DNA of 64,000 nt from Nitrospirota bacterium (GCA_016215115.1 JACRLN010000015.1:22741-86740); one strand, 5' to 3'; positions 11,138 through 21,503 are shown, numbered from the stretch's first letter. Translations and numbers: made by a program. Notes: generated by a model from the sequence alone, not told the origin.

Positions 11138-12130
11138 ATGCCTGAATTAAGGAAAGACCCCGTATGCGGCAGATGGGTAATTATTTCAATTGAAAGGGGC
11201 AAGCGTCCATCTGATTTTAGCATGAGAATTTCTGCAAAAAAAGGAGGCTTCTGTGCTTTCTGTGAAGGGAATGAACGCACTACTCCTCCTGAAATATTAG
11301 CCTTCAGGCCCGATGGAAGCAAGCCAAATACCCCCGGATGGACTCTCAGGGTTGTTCCCAATAAATTCCCGGCCCTCAATATAGAAGGGAATCTGAACAG
11401 AAGCGGGGATGGAATATTTGATAAAATGAACGGGGTTGGCGCCCATGAAATAATAGTAGAATGCACAAACCACAACCTAACGCTTTCAACAATGCCTTTA
11501 AAATCCGTTGAAGATATTCTCTGGGCCTTTCACCACAGGATCACGGACCTTAAGAGAGACAGCCGTCTTAAATATGTTCTTGTCTTTAAGAATGAAGGCG
11601 AAGAGGCGGGCGCTACACTTGAACATACACACTCTCAGCTTATTGCTCTCCCTATTGTTCCGCATTTGGTGGAGGAGGAAATTGAACAGGCAAAGCAGTA
11701 TTACAGTTACAAAGAAAGATGTATTTTTTGTGACATAATAAATCAGGAAAGAACCAGCAAGACACGGGTAATTTCTGAAAACGAAGATTTTATCGCACTG
11801 GCCCCTTTTGCGCCACGAGCGCCGTTTGAGACAATCATATTCCCCAAAAAACATGAGTCCAGCTATATGCCTGACGGAAAAGTTCATCTTTTAGCGCAGA
11901 TCCTCCAGAGAACATTGAAGCAGATAGACAAAGTCCTCGACATGCCTCCATACAATATGATGATTCACACATCTCCTTTTAAAATCGAGGTAAATGAATT
12001 TTATCACTGGCATATTGAGATACTGCCTAAACTTACAAAGATTGCAGGTTTTGAATGGGGTTCAGGTTTTTACATTAATCCAACTCCTCCGGAAGAGGCT
12101 GCAAAGTTTATGAGGGAAGCAGAGATATAA
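11138..12130 (+). CDS. galT: Galactose-1-phosphate uridylyltransferase
   Basis: PELRKDP, CAFCEGNE, VVPNKFPAL, GATLEHTHSQ, YHWHIEI, AGFEWGSG. Confidence 0.93.
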   Translation: MPELRKDPVCGRWVIISIERGKRPSDFSMRISAKKGGFCAFCEGNERTTPPEILAFRPDGSKPNTPGWTLRVVPNKFPALNIEGNLNRSGDGIFDKMNGVGAHEIIVECTNHNLTLSTMPLKSVEDILWAFHHRITDLKRDSRLKYVLVFKNEGEEAGATLEHTHSQLIALPIVPHLVEEEIEQAKQYYSYKERCIFCDIINQERTSKTRVISENEDFIALAPFAPRAPFETIIFPKKHESSYMPDGKVHLLAQILQRTLKQIDKVLDMPPYNMMIHTSPFKIEVNEFYHWHIEILPKLTKIAGFEWGSGFYINPTPPEEAAKFMREAEI

Positions 12131-12272
12131 TAAGACGGTCATAAGTAAAGCCACATAGATTGTCATTCCCGCAGTCCGTTGAGCGGGAATCCAGACGCTA
12201 AAGAACTGGATGCCCGATTAAGAACTTCGGGCATGACGATTCATTTATGTGTCTTTCCTTATGAATTCATTA
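12131..12272. mobile_element. MITE-like element (CATAAGTAAAG.CACATA TIRs) with REP core
   Basis: TIRs enclose gtcattcccg...cgggcatgac; inverted near-copy at 42423-42592. Confidence 0.7.
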
Positions 12273-12319
12273 ATATTTAAAGATAATTTTATAACATCCT
12301 ATGAGGATGATATAGCATC

Positions 12320-15300
12320 ATGTCAGAAATAGCAGATAAACAGCAGAAAGAAAAGTCCTTAGAAGTAGAAGTTTTAACGAAAGTTGCACAGATTTCAAGT
12401 TCAACTCTTGAACTAAGAGAGATACTTGACACCATCTCGCATGTTATTGCAGACACACTAAATAAGGACCTGTGTTCCATCTGCCTTCTTAAACCGGAAA
12501 AAAAGGTTATTTGTATCGAGGCGTCAAAAGGGGTGAGCAAGGAAGCTGTAAATGTATTTTGCATTAAGGATGAAGATGATGTTGTTTCCAAACTATTTAA
12601 AAACTTTCAGCCTCTTGTAGTGGAGGATATAAGGAAAGCCCCTTATGTCAAGGCGATCATCAACCCTGAAGCAGAAGATTTGCTTTCCCTGCTTGCAATC
12701 CCGATCGTAAAAGACAATGCTGTTACCGGAATCTTCATGATCCAGACCAGGGAACCTTACATATATAGTGAAGATGAAATTAATATTCTCAGCATAGTCT
12801 CGTATAACATCGGTACAGCAATACGGAACGCAGAGCTTTACAGAAGCGTTAAATCACAGCTTGATGAACTGAAAGTTATACACGAAGTCGGCAAAGCAAT
12901 AACATCCATCCTGAATATTGATGAACTCCTTCCCTATATTTGTGAAGAAGTATCAAAGGTCTTTAACGTAAAGGGCTGCGTTCTCAGACTCTTTGAAGAG
13001 GAAATGCTCCAGATAAAAGCTTCTTATGGATTGCCGGATACCTTCAAGCAAAAAATGGCCCTGCACCTTGGTGAAGGGATAGCAGGACATGTTGCGCTTT
13101 CCGGTGAACCTCTCATAATAGATGAAGTATCAAGGATGCCTGAAAACATGCGTGTTCCTGAAATTCAGGCGACCTCTGTATTATGCGTTCCTCTTACAAT
13201 TGGTGAACGTATTATTGGTACACTGGGACTATATGATAAAAAAGATGAATGGGGAATCATAACCTTTTCAAAAGATGATTTAAACACTTTAATGACTTTT
13301 GCCTCTGCTTCATCTATTGCCATAGAAAATGCAAGGCTGTACAAGGCAGAAATAGAAAAAGAAAAAGAAGTGACGCAGACAAAGGACTATCTGAAAAGTC
13401 TTATCGATAATTCTGCTGATGCAATCATTATCTCAGATATATACGGCATAATTACGTCCTGGAACAAGGGAGCCGAAAATATCTACGGTTTTAAGCAGGA
13501 CGAGGTGGCAGGAAAATTTCTCCCGATGATTCCTCAGTTTCTTATTGAAGAAGAAAAGGCCTTCATGGAAAAAATAAAGCAGAAAGAAACGTTAAGAAAC
13601 GTGGAAACAATAAGGCAGACAAAAAATGGCAGACTTATTGAAGTAAGCCTCACCCTTTCACCAATTCTGGATTCAGCAGGAAAAGTTACCGGGATAAGCG
13701 GTATATCCAGAGACATATCTGAAAAGAAAATGGTTGAAAAAGAATTGATAAGAAAAAACCAGGAGCTGTCACGACTGTTTTTTATTAATTCTGTCGTAAG
13801 GAGCACACTTGATTTAGACAAGCTTCTTAAAATGGTGCTTACTGTTGTTACGATGGGTGACGGACTCGGTTTTAACAGGGCCATACTTTTTCTTGTTGAC
13901 GAATCATTGAATATGCTCAAAGGAATAATGGGCGTAGGTCCCGGCAGCCCTGAGGAAGCTAAAGAAATATGGCTTTCCATGGAAGGCAAGAGCCTGGGGG
14001 CTATTATTGAGGACATAGAAAGCGGACCTGGCCATCTTGATTCCTATCTTGACAGGTTGAGTCAAAATTTAAATATAAGCCTTGATACGGATTGCATCCT
14101 CAGCCGCTGTATTAAGGAGAAGAGACCTTTTAACATTCAAAACGCCAAAGCGGAACCGCTGGTAACACCCTACCTTATTCAGATGGTAGGAGCTGAGGCT
14201 TTTGGCATTGTTCCTCTCGTATCAAGAGACAAGGTAATAGGATTGATATGGGTCGACAATCTCTTTACGGGAAAACCCATTAAAGATGAAGACCTGCAGT
14301 TTTTGATGGGCTTTTCAAGTCACATTGCTTATGCCATAGTAAACGCAAGACTTTTTGAGAATGTGTCCCTTGCCAGGGCTGAACTGAAGAACATATTTGA
14401 ATCAATATCCGACATGGTTTATTTTACCGACAATGAATTTACTATAAAACGCATTAACCAGGCTGTTGTCAAGAGAATCGGGAAACCTGAAGAAGAGATT
14501 GTGGGGAAAAAATGTTATAAAATATTTCATGGAATGGACCAACCATGGGAAGCCTGCCCTCATACCAAGTCAATAAATTTAATGAAACCATTTGTCGGAG
14601 AAATTGAAGACCCTTATCTTGGAGCTGCCTTTGTTGTCTCAAATTCTCCGATCATGGATTCTTCCGGCAATATTGTTGGAACAGTTCATCTATCTCGGGA
14701 TGTAACAGAACTTAAAACGCTGAGAGAGCGTGTTGCTCACTCTGAGAGAATGGCGGCCCTTGGAGAATTGGCTGCAAGGGTAGCGCATGAGATAAGAAAC
14801 CCGCTTATTTCCATTGGCGGTTTTGCCAGGAGACTGGAGAAAAAGCTTTCAAATGATACAGCGGAATATGCAAAGATCATTGTAAATGAGGTTACAAGAC
14901 TTGAAAATATCCTCAAGGAGATATTAGGCTTTGTGAAAAGTTCCAGGGTTAACAAGGTCAGCGTGGATATCAACGAATTTGTGAACAATATCATTGACTT
15001 TTTTGCACCTTCAATAAGTGAAAAACAAAATACAATAGTAAAAGAACTGTCTGAAACTCCTTTAATTTCATCAATTGACCCTGACAGGATAAAAGAAGCC
15101 CTGCTTAATATAATTTCAAACGCTTCCCAGGCCACGGACCATGGAATAATTACTGTAAAGACAAGACAGGAAGATAACGAAGCAGTTATCGAGCTGTCAG
15201 ATACCGGCTGCGGTATCAAGCCTGAAGACCTAAAAAATATTTTTAACCCTTTTTTTACAACAAAACCTCAGGGAACAGGGCTGGGCCTTGCAGTAACTCA

Positions 15301-15400
15301 CAAAATTATCCAGGAACATGACGGCAAGGTCAAGGTTGAAAGCGTATGGGGAGGAGGTACCGCTTTCAGGATTTATCTGCCATTAGAGAAAGCACAATGA
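12320..15400 (+). CDS. Cytoplasmic GAF-GAF-PAS-GAF-PAS sensor histidine kinase
   Basis: AHEIRNPL H-box, NIISNA, DTGCGI, PFFTTK, GTGLGL. Confidence 0.92.
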   Translation: MSEIADKQQKEKSLEVEVLTKVAQISSSTLELREILDTISHVIADTLNKDLCSICLLKPEKKVICIEASKGVSKEAVNVFCIKDEDDVVSKLFKNFQPLVVEDIRKAPYVKAIINPEAEDLLSLLAIPIVKDNAVTGIFMIQTREPYIYSEDEINILSIVSYNIGTAIRNAELYRSVKSQLDELKVIHEVGKAITSILNIDELLPYICEEVSKVFNVKGCVLRLFEEEMLQIKASYGLPDTFKQKMALHLGEGIAGHVALSGEPLIIDEVSRMPENMRVPEIQATSVLCVPLTIGERIIGTLGLYDKKDEWGIITFSKDDLNTLMTFASASSIAIENARLYKAEIEKEKEVTQTKDYLKSLIDNSADAIIISDIYGIITSWNKGAENIYGFKQDEVAGKFLPMIPQFLIEEEKAFMEKIKQKETLRNVETIRQTKNGRLIEVSLTLSPILDSAGKVTGISGISRDISEKKMVEKELIRKNQELSRLFFINSVVRSTLDLDKLLKMVLTVVTMGDGLGFNRAILFLVDESLNMLKGIMGVGPGSPEEAKEIWLSMEGKSLGAIIEDIESGPGHLDSYLDRLSQNLNISLDTDCILSRCIKEKRPFNIQNAKAEPLVTPYLIQMVGAEAFGIVPLVSRDKVIGLIWVDNLFTGKPIKDEDLQFLMGFSSHIAYAIVNARLFENVSLARAELKNIFESISDMVYFTDNEFTIKRINQAVVKRIGKPEEEIVGKKCYKIFHGMDQPWEACPHTKSINLMKPFVGEIEDPYLGAAFVVSNSPIMDSSGNIVGTVHLSRDVTELKTLRERVAHSERMAALGELAARVAHEIRNPLISIGGFARRLEKKLSNDTAEYAKIIVNEVTRLENILKEILGFVKSSRVNKVSVDINEFVNNIIDFFAPSISEKQNTIVKELSETPLISSIDPDRIKEALLNIISNASQATDHGIITVKTRQEDNEAVIELSDTGCGIKPEDLKNIFNPFFTTKPQGTGLGLAVTHKIIQEHDGKVKVESVWGGGTAFRIYLPLEKAQ

Positions 15401-15453
15401 ACTAATAAGCAGAATTAATTAAAAAAATAAAAATTATGAAAGGAGAAAACATT

Positions 15454-15801
15454 ATGAAACTTCTTGTTGTTGATGATGATTTAAATATACAACGTCTTTA
15501 TAAAGAAGAGTTGGAAGAAGAAGGATATGAAGTTGTTATTGCTACCACCGGGAAAGAAGCTCTGGAGATATTTGCAAAAGAAAAATTTGATATTGTAACG
15601 CTTGATATACTTATGCCCGATATTGACGGCATAAGCCTCTTAAGAAAAATGAAAGAGCAGCGCCCCAATATTCCAATCATTATGTCAACAGCGTATGATT
15701 ACAGGGATGACTTTGCAGTATGGGCGTCTGAGGCATATATCGTTAAATCATCCGATCTGGGAGAGTTGAAAAATACTATAAAAAAACTTATAAATGGATA
15801 G
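15454..15801 (+). CDS. Single-domain response regulator
   Basis: LLVVDDD, LDILMP, STAY; AAGGAG SD before ATG 15454. Confidence 0.9.
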   Translation: MKLLVVDDDLNIQRLYKEELEEEGYEVVIATTGKEALEIFAKEKFDIVTLDILMPDIDGISLLRKMKEQRPNIPIIMSTAYDYRDDFAVWASEAYIVKSSDLGELKNTIKKLING

Positions 15802-15943
15802 AGAGGCATTTTTTCGATAAGACATTGCATACGGGTCGGTTCCGACCTGTCTCATCAAAAGCGCTTTAAACAGTTTAAGTGGTTCAAACGCCTTAAACAG
15901 CTATTACGGATTAAGCATAACGGTTGTCAAAATCATCACATAT

Positions 15944-16085
15944 GAGGTTTTGCAAAAGTCTTGTTTTGTCATTCCCGAGGTAGTAATCGGGAATCCAGTT
16001 TCTTTGAAAAACAAAGGCTTCTGGATACCCGTTTTCACGGGCATGACGGCCCAGGTCATTTAGCAGGGACTTTTACAAGAACCTC
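15944..16085. mobile_element. MITE-like element with IS5/IS1182-like TIRs around a REP core
   Basis: GAGGTTTTGCAAAAGTC ... GACTTTTACAAGAACCTC enclosing gtcattcccg...cgggcatgac. Confidence 0.65.
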
Positions 16086-16156
16086 ATGTGTTTACAAAAT
16101 AATCATTAATTGGGTAATATTCATTAGCTGATAGCTGACAGCTATCAGCTTTTTTT

Positions 16157-16249
16157 GGAGAGGTGGCCGAGTCGGTCGAAGGCAGCCGCCTGCTAAGCGG
16201 TTGTGGGGGTAACACTCCACCCAGGGTTCGAATCCCTGCCTCTCCGCCA
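16157..16249 (+). tRNA. tRNA-Ser(GCT)
   Basis: GGAGAGG/CCTCTCC acceptor stem, anticodon arm gccgc-ctGCTaa-gcggt, long variable arm, GGTTCGAATCC T-arm, encoded CCA. Confidence 0.96.
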
Positions 16250-16291
16250 TTGAGCAAGTTAAGAGTGTCAAGTTATGAGTTAAGAGTTAAT

Positions 16292-16320
16292 GTAGGGGCG
16301 AGGCGGCGCCTCGCCCCTAC
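16292..16320. repeat. GTAG-type REP palindrome
   Basis: gtaggggcgaggcggcgcctcgcccctac; relatives at 33469, 33701, 38717, 49162 and 55103. Confidence 0.85.
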
Positions 16321-16364
16321 GCCTCTTTCAATTAATAACAAACAACAAAGGTAAAGGAGGAGAA

Positions 16365-16961
16365 ATGAAAAAATTATTTTCAGTATTGATTGTTGTTGCA
16401 GTGATGTCGCTTTTAATTGCAGGATGCAAGAAAAAAGAGGAACAACCACAGCCTGCGCCACAACAAAAGGGTGCAATTCCGCAGGGGCCCGTTGTTGAAA
16501 CACCAATGTCGCAACCTTCCGCACCGCCGGGACAGATGCCGCCAGGACATGGAATGCCTGGAGCTGCAGTTCCAAAGGTAGAATTTCAGGTAGTGGTCCC
16601 TCAGGAAGTAAAAGATCACTGGTCTGCGGTAAAATTCATTATTGAAGACAAGATACAGAAAAAGCAACAGGAAATTTCCGCACCCATCGGCGGAGAGATG
16701 AAAATCCCTGATTCAAATATAATTGTAAAGGTTGGACCTTTTCTTCCGGATTTCAAGATGGATTCAAATATTATCACGTCATCTACTAATGAACCGAAAA
16801 ATCCGGCTGTAGGGGTAATCATTTATGAGAACGGAAAACAGATATTTCCTGAGCCCGGGAAAAAGTTGGGGTGGTTTTGGGCTCGCAAGGAACTCCAGAT
16901 GATGCACCTGTTCCAGCATCAGAGATTTGCGGTAGCATTAAAAGAAGGTGTAAAAAAGTAA
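16365..16961 (+). CDS. Lipoprotein with Pro-rich linker (DUF2155-like)
   Basis: Lipobox LIAGC, PPGH linker, GPFLPDFKM...NPAV; strong SD. Confidence 0.7.
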   Translation: MKKLFSVLIVVAVMSLLIAGCKKKEEQPQPAPQQKGAIPQGPVVETPMSQPSAPPGQMPPGHGMPGAAVPKVEFQVVVPQEVKDHWSAVKFIIEDKIQKKQQEISAPIGGEMKIPDSNIIVKVGPFLPDFKMDSNIITSSTNEPKNPAVGVIIYENGKQIFPEPGKKLGWFWARKELQMMHLFQHQRFAVALKEGVKK

Positions 16962-16967
16962 TGGAGG

Positions 16968-16990
16968 ACCCTGCGGAAAGACCGCAGGGT
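16968..16990 (+). terminator. GC-rich hairpin after the lipoprotein gene
   Basis: ACCCTGCGG-aaaga-CCGCAGGGT; weak U-tract. Confidence 0.45.
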
Positions 16991-17016
16991 ATCTAATTTG
17001 ATTGTATTTTGAATTC

Positions 17017-17137
17017 TGTCATTGACCCGAAACTACCTTTAAAACTGTCATTCCGGCAGTCCTTAAGCCGGAATCCAGCTATAGAAAAGACTCTGGATTC
17101 CCGCTCAAAAGACTGCGGGAATGACGGACAAGGGCAG
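17017..17137. repeat. REP-core element (gtcattgacccgaaa subfamily)
   Basis: Related copies at 49881-50035 and 50458-50525. Confidence 0.7.
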
Positions 17138-17158
17138 ATTTCCGCAAAAGCTGGACTA

Positions 17159-17473
17159 TTATTCGACAGGCGTGACGACAGCCATGACTATGAGCCGTTC
17201 GCCTTTGTCAGCATTAAATCCATGTTGGACCATTGGGTCACAGTGGATACACGTCTTTTCATTTGCCTCGATCTTTTCCTCGCCGACAGTAAAAGTGCCT
17301 TTTCCCTCAACAACGTACATTAGCAGTCTCAGCGGCGCTTTATGCGGGTCGAGTTTCTGTCCCGGCTCAAGGCACATAAGCGCTACTCTCATTTCAGGCT
17401 TGTCAAATATCATCTCTCTTGATATTTTGTTCGGATAAAACTTTATTAATTTCTTCAAATCAAATGTTTCCAT
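17159..17473 (-). CDS. Cupin-domain protein
   Basis: LEPGQKLDPHKAP, YVVEGKG, HGF; GGAGG SD. Confidence 0.88.
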   Translation of the reverse strand: METFDLKKLIKFYPNKISREMIFDKPEMRVALMCLEPGQKLDPHKAPLRLLMYVVEGKGTFTVGEEKIEANEKTCIHCDPMVQHGFNADKGERLIVMAVVTPVE

Positions 17474-17587
17474 TATAGCCTCCTTTTTGTTTGCTTATGC
17501 ATTCTTAATATTGATCAACGGTTGCCGTTTAATAAATGACAGAAGCTCATGTGTATTATTTATAACATTTGATGAGCAAAAGCAACC

Positions 17588-17601
17588 ATGATATACATCA
17601 T
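17588..17601 (-). promoter_or_regulatory. CRP/FNR-type box upstream of the cupin
   Basis: ATGATATACATCAT, 23 bp from a minus-strand TATAAA -10 (17559-17564). Confidence 0.65.
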
Positions 17602-17718
17602 AAAAGAAAGTACAAAGCGAGTTTTAAATTATTTCGGTACTGCGAAGTTGAAAGCCAGGATAGTTTATGATATAAGAAAATTAACGAAATTTAATTGAGT
17701 TACAAGAAGGAGGATAAA

Positions 17719-18345
17719 ATGAAGACAGGTTTTATTAAGATGACAGGTTTAATAATTATCAGCATTGTTATCTGCTTAATCCCTAACATTGCCAATGCGC
17801 ATTGTGATACGCTTGCAGGTCCGGTAGTGATAACTGCGAAAGCAGCGCTGGAAAAGGGAGATATAACGCCTATTTTAAAATGGGTGAAAAAAGAAAATGA
17901 AAAAGAAATTCGTGAAGCATTTGCTAAAACGTTGGCAGTAAGAAAGCAGAGCAAAGAAGCAAAGGAACTTGCGGATATGTATTTCTTTGAAACACTTGTC
18001 CGTATTCACCGCGCAGGTGAAGGTGCTCCTTATACAGGACTTAAACCAGGTGAAGCAATAGAACCGATTATCGCCGAGTCTGACAAGGCATTGGAGAGTG
18101 GTTCGTTTGATGATCTTGTAAAGGATGTGACGGATGCCGTGGCTAAAGGGATACGTGAAAAATTTGCCCATGCCAATGAGACAAGAAAACATGCAGATGA
18201 CAGCGTTGAAGCCGGCCGTGAATTTGTAGAAGCCTATGTAGTATTTACCCATTACGTTGAGAGATTGTATAACGATGCTACTGCTAAAGTTGAACATCAT
18301 GGAGAAATGAAGGCGTCGGAACCAGAAAAGCACCACCATCATTAA
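17719..18345 (+). CDS. Secreted helical protein (DUF6448-like) with His tail
   Basis: Signal peptide ending ANA, then HCDTLAGPVV; FFETLVRIHRAGEGAPYTGLKP; KHHHH C-terminus. Confidence 0.75.
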   Translation: MKTGFIKMTGLIIISIVICLIPNIANAHCDTLAGPVVITAKAALEKGDITPILKWVKKENEKEIREAFAKTLAVRKQSKEAKELADMYFFETLVRIHRAGEGAPYTGLKPGEAIEPIIAESDKALESGSFDDLVKDVTDAVAKGIREKFAHANETRKHADDSVEAGREFVEAYVVFTHYVERLYNDATAKVEHHGEMKASEPEKHHHH

Positions 18346-18348
18346 TTA

Positions 18349-18398
18349 GAGCCTGTTTATAAACTCTGTTAATCTGTCATTCCGGCAGTCCTTAAGCC
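18349..18398. repeat. Truncated left half of a GAGnCTGTtTATAAA MITE
   Basis: gagcctgtttataaa...gtcattccggcagtccttaagcc, then an abrupt end. Confidence 0.6.
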
Positions 18399-18518
18399 CC
18401 TTGTCTTTATAGGTGCTATAAAGGATAAAACCGTACTATGCATATTATTCCTCCACTTGTTTTATGGGCTATGAAGTGACTCTTACCAATTATGCTTGAA
18501 GGGATGGCCATGTCAAAA

Positions 18519-18548
18519 TTGACAACGATCCTAAAGTGCATTTATGAT
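18519..18548 (+). promoter_or_regulatory. sigma70 promoter for the SCO-PCuAC operon
   Basis: TTGACA-18 bp-TATGAT, 6 nt before in-frame ATG 18555. Confidence 0.6.
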
Positions 18549-18554
18549 GGTGTT

Positions 18555-19307
18555 ATGAATAAGAAGGAGAAGTCCCTTAACGCAGGCAAGGCAATAAAAA
18601 TACTTCGATTTGCATTTCCCGGAATGGTATTGCTTTTGCTCGGTATCTGGTTCGGAAAAGGTTTGAATACTGTTTCTGTTTTGAAAGAAACAGATGAATT
18701 CCCAAGCGCCACTGTATTGGAAGTTCCCGTTCCGCTGCCGGAATTTTTATTGACAGATCATAGCGGACAGGAATTTACCACTTCCAGTTTTAACAGGAAA
18801 TGGACTTTTATGTTTTTTGGATATACTCACTGCCCTGACATCTGTCCTACTGCGCTTGTTGATCTCAATGCCGTCTATAACAATCTTGCTGAAAAAGATG
18901 ACCTTATTGAGAAAAAATTCCACATAGGCACACAGGTCGTTTTTGTAACAGTGGACCCCCAACGGGATTCAGTGAAAGAACTGAAAGAATATGTACCTTA
19001 CTTCAACGATGACTTTATAGGATTAACCGGCAAGCCTGAGGTAATTGACTCGCTTGCGCGTCCTATGGGCGTTGCCTACAGGAGGGTGCCCGGAATGAAT
19101 TCAGAGGATTATCTTATTGATCACAGTGCTTCATTTCTGCTCATAGATCCTCTTAGAAGATTGCGTGCAATTTTCTCACCGCCTCATAACCCTGGTCAGA
19201 TTACAGAAAAGTTCCGAAAAATCCGCAAGAAATTTACAGAGGAATGCTGCATAACACCTGATAAGAAACTTGAAACCGTTATTTTTGATTACAGGGAGAA
19301 AAAATGA
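18555..19307 (+). CDS. SCO1/SenC copper chaperone
   Basis: FFGYTHCPDICP, VTVDPQRD, DHSAS; N-terminal TM. ORF track start is 18492. Confidence 0.92.
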   Translation: MNKKEKSLNAGKAIKILRFAFPGMVLLLLGIWFGKGLNTVSVLKETDEFPSATVLEVPVPLPEFLLTDHSGQEFTTSSFNRKWTFMFFGYTHCPDICPTALVDLNAVYNNLAEKDDLIEKKFHIGTQVVFVTVDPQRDSVKELKEYVPYFNDDFIGLTGKPEVIDSLARPMGVAYRRVPGMNSEDYLIDHSASFLLIDPLRRLRAIFSPPHNPGQITEKFRKIRKKFTEECCITPDKKLETVIFDYREKK

Positions 19308-19771
19308 AGAAGGTTATATCTGTTGTATACATTTTTGTTTTAACGGCTTTATGTTCATCAGTCTTTGCATCCGACGCTATCATGGTGCATAATGCATGGA
19401 TACGTTCAGCTCCGTCAAATGTTAAAGTAATGGCTGCATACATGACAATTACAAATATTTCCAATGAGACAAGGGCGATGACAGCAGTATCAAGCAAGTT
19501 ATTCAATAAGGTCGAGATTCATCGAACTGAAATGCATGAAGGCACGGCAAAGATGATATCGCAGAAAGAGTTGATAATCCCCGCCGGAAAATCTGTATCA
19601 CTTGAGCCGGGAGGATACCATCTTATGCTGATAGACCCAAAAACAGTGCCGCGTGAGGGGGAGCAAGTCGATATGGAACTGCACTTTGATGATGGCCAGA
19701 CATTACATATTAAAGTACCGGTTCGTACTGGAGCAGATAAGGGCAATATGATGGATAAACATCATCATTAA
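19304..19771 (+). CDS. PCu(A)C periplasmic copper chaperone
   Basis: AWIRS, AAYMTI, VEIH...M, LEPGGYHLML; signal peptide; ATGA overlap with SCO. Confidence 0.92.
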   Translation: MKKVISVVYIFVLTALCSSVFASDAIMVHNAWIRSAPSNVKVMAAYMTITNISNETRAMTAVSSKLFNKVEIHRTEMHEGTAKMISQKELIIPAGKSVSLEPGGYHLMLIDPKTVPREGEQVDMELHFDDGQTLHIKVPVRTGADKGNMMDKHHH

Positions 19772-19825
19772 ATATATCTTGCCTTGATAAGCATATTCTC
19801 TTTTTTTACTTTTGAAAACAAATTA

Positions 19826-20137
19826 TTACGCCGATGGTCTAAATTTCTGCCCCGGTTTTAACAGGATGAATTTGTCTGTACCTTCTTCCTGTTTAACTGT
19901 TTTGAAAAAGTCGCAAGACACACATGATACGAACTTTTTGGCAAAATCACATTGAACCTTTCCCCCGCAGAATGTACCGGCAACAGCCCAACAAATACGG
20001 CCTGCATTTTTGCCACCATTCATACCACTGCAGGAAGTTTCTGTGGAAGCCGGACATACTCCCATTTCTTTAACTTTGACTCTGCCAATCTCTTTTCCAC
20101 ATTTCTTGAATTCCCAACAATTTTGTTTAACTGACAT
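19826..20137 (-). CDS. Stand-alone two-CW Cys-rich domain protein
   Basis: NCWEFKKCG...CPA...NAGRICWAVAGTFCGG...CVSCDF; GAGG SD. Confidence 0.8.
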   Translation of the reverse strand: MSVKQNCWEFKKCGKEIGRVKVKEMGVCPASTETSCSGMNGGKNAGRICWAVAGTFCGGKVQCDFAKKFVSCVSCDFFKTVKQEEGTDKFILLKPGQKFRPSA

Positions 20138-20240
20138 TTTTTATCCTCTCGATATCGATAATACTATGTAGTATTAAAGCATATGATATTAATTTAAAAT
20201 AAGGATTAATAATTGATTATGGAAGGGTGAGAAAATCTAC

Positions 20241-21485
20241 CTACTGAATAAGGGACATAAGTTTCGTTTTGAGATTGATTTTTTTATTTGTAATGCCGAG
20301 TTTTTTTCTTATATTTCTACGGTGAGTCTTGATAGTGTCTATAGATATGTTTAAAATTTCCATTATTTCCTTATCTTGTTTCCCGTCTATAATCAAGTCG
20401 GATATCTGAATTTCTTTTGGAGTAAAATTCAAATACTTTGATGACAATCTTCGTGAAAAAGGAGATACTATTTCTTTCAGATTTGATTCGACGATATTCA
20501 CATATGTGAGGCCTCTTTTGGAAGTCAGCTTGTTATTTTTCAGTTTTTCCATATAAGGCAAGACCAACTGTTTTACATTAGACAAGATATTGTATTCAAA
20601 CTCTCTTCGGTCTTCATCCTTATGTTTTAAAAAGGCTTTTAGTGCTGCATTGCTTTCCATGAGCTCCTCTGCGTACAGCTTCAGTTCTCTTTCTGTATTC
20701 CTAAGCTTGTTTTCCCTCATCTTGCCCTCCGTGATGTCGCGGAAGTACCATACTCTCCCATAGTAGTTGCCGTTAGCATCTATTAAAGAAGAGGAATATC
20801 TGTCAAAATATCTGCCGTCTTTCAATGATATTTCATCTCTGCTTTTTTCCTCTCTGTTCGCATAAAGATACTTTACCTTTTTAAGGAATTCATCAGGTTC
20901 GTTCAGTTGAGTTATAGCATATTGAAGCAGTTCATCATCGTTTCCCGTATTCCATAATTCCTGCGGGATATTCCACATCTCCCTCATGAGATTATTATAT
21001 GAAATAACTTTCCCTTTATTATCTACTACAAGTATTCCATCAATTGAAGTCTCTGACTGGGCTTGAAGGAGGGTGGTCTTGAACAGCAGTTCATTCTCTA
21101 TATGAGCTTTCTGTAACGCCAACTCTGACTTCTTATGCTCGGTGACATCTTTAGCAATATGAACAGCGCCGAGAATCTCTCCCTTTTCATCAAATATGGG
21201 CGAGGTCGATACTTGTAAATAGATTTCCAGGCGGGTTTCAAAAAATTCCTCTGTAAACGGTTCTCCGGTTTCCATGGTCCGCTTATAAGGACAATCAGAC
21301 CGGGGCTCACTTGTCCCGTGAATCACTTCATAACATTTTTTCCCGATAAGCTCACTTCTTTTTTTCTTCAGGACATCGGAAAAGGCATTGTTTACCCTGA
21401 CAATATTAAAATCTTTATCATGAATTGAGATCAACTCACTAATAGAATTAAAAGCTGTTTCCCATTCGTTTGATGTTTTTCTCAT
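20241..21485 (-). CDS. PAS-PAS-LuxR HTH transcriptional regulator (possibly N-terminally truncated)
   Basis: GKKCYEV PAS, FTPKEIQI...TIKTHRRNIRKKLG HTH; no clear SD. Confidence 0.82.
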   Translation of the reverse strand: MRKTSNEWETAFNSISELISIHDKDFNIVRVNNAFSDVLKKKRSELIGKKCYEVIHGTSEPRSDCPYKRTMETGEPFTEEFFETRLEIYLQVSTSPIFDEKGEILGAVHIAKDVTEHKKSELALQKAHIENELLFKTTLLQAQSETSIDGILVVDNKGKVISYNNLMREMWNIPQELWNTGNDDELLQYAITQLNEPDEFLKKVKYLYANREEKSRDEISLKDGRYFDRYSSSLIDANGNYYGRVWYFRDITEGKMRENKLRNTERELKLYAEELMESNAALKAFLKHKDEDRREFEYNILSNVKQLVLPYMEKLKNNKLTSKRGLTYVNIVESNLKEIVSPFSRRLSSKYLNFTPKEIQISDLIIDGKQDKEIMEILNISIDTIKTHRRNIRKKLGITNKKINLKTKLMSLIQ

Positions 21486-21503
21486 TTTATTAATAATCAG
21501 TGG

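Noticed and set aside
16157-16249. Possible tRNA-Sec, given the selenoprotein nearby
   Set aside because: Anticodon is GCT and the acceptor stem is 7 bp, so it is tRNA-Ser.
16163-16354. 63-aa ORF
   Set aside because: Overlaps tRNA-Ser and a REP palindrome.
17009-17438. ORFs with LSFRQSLSRNP / LDSRSKDCGND peptides (also near 34204, 49843, 53913-54170)
   Set aside because: Translations of REP/MITE DNA or antisense shadows, not genes.
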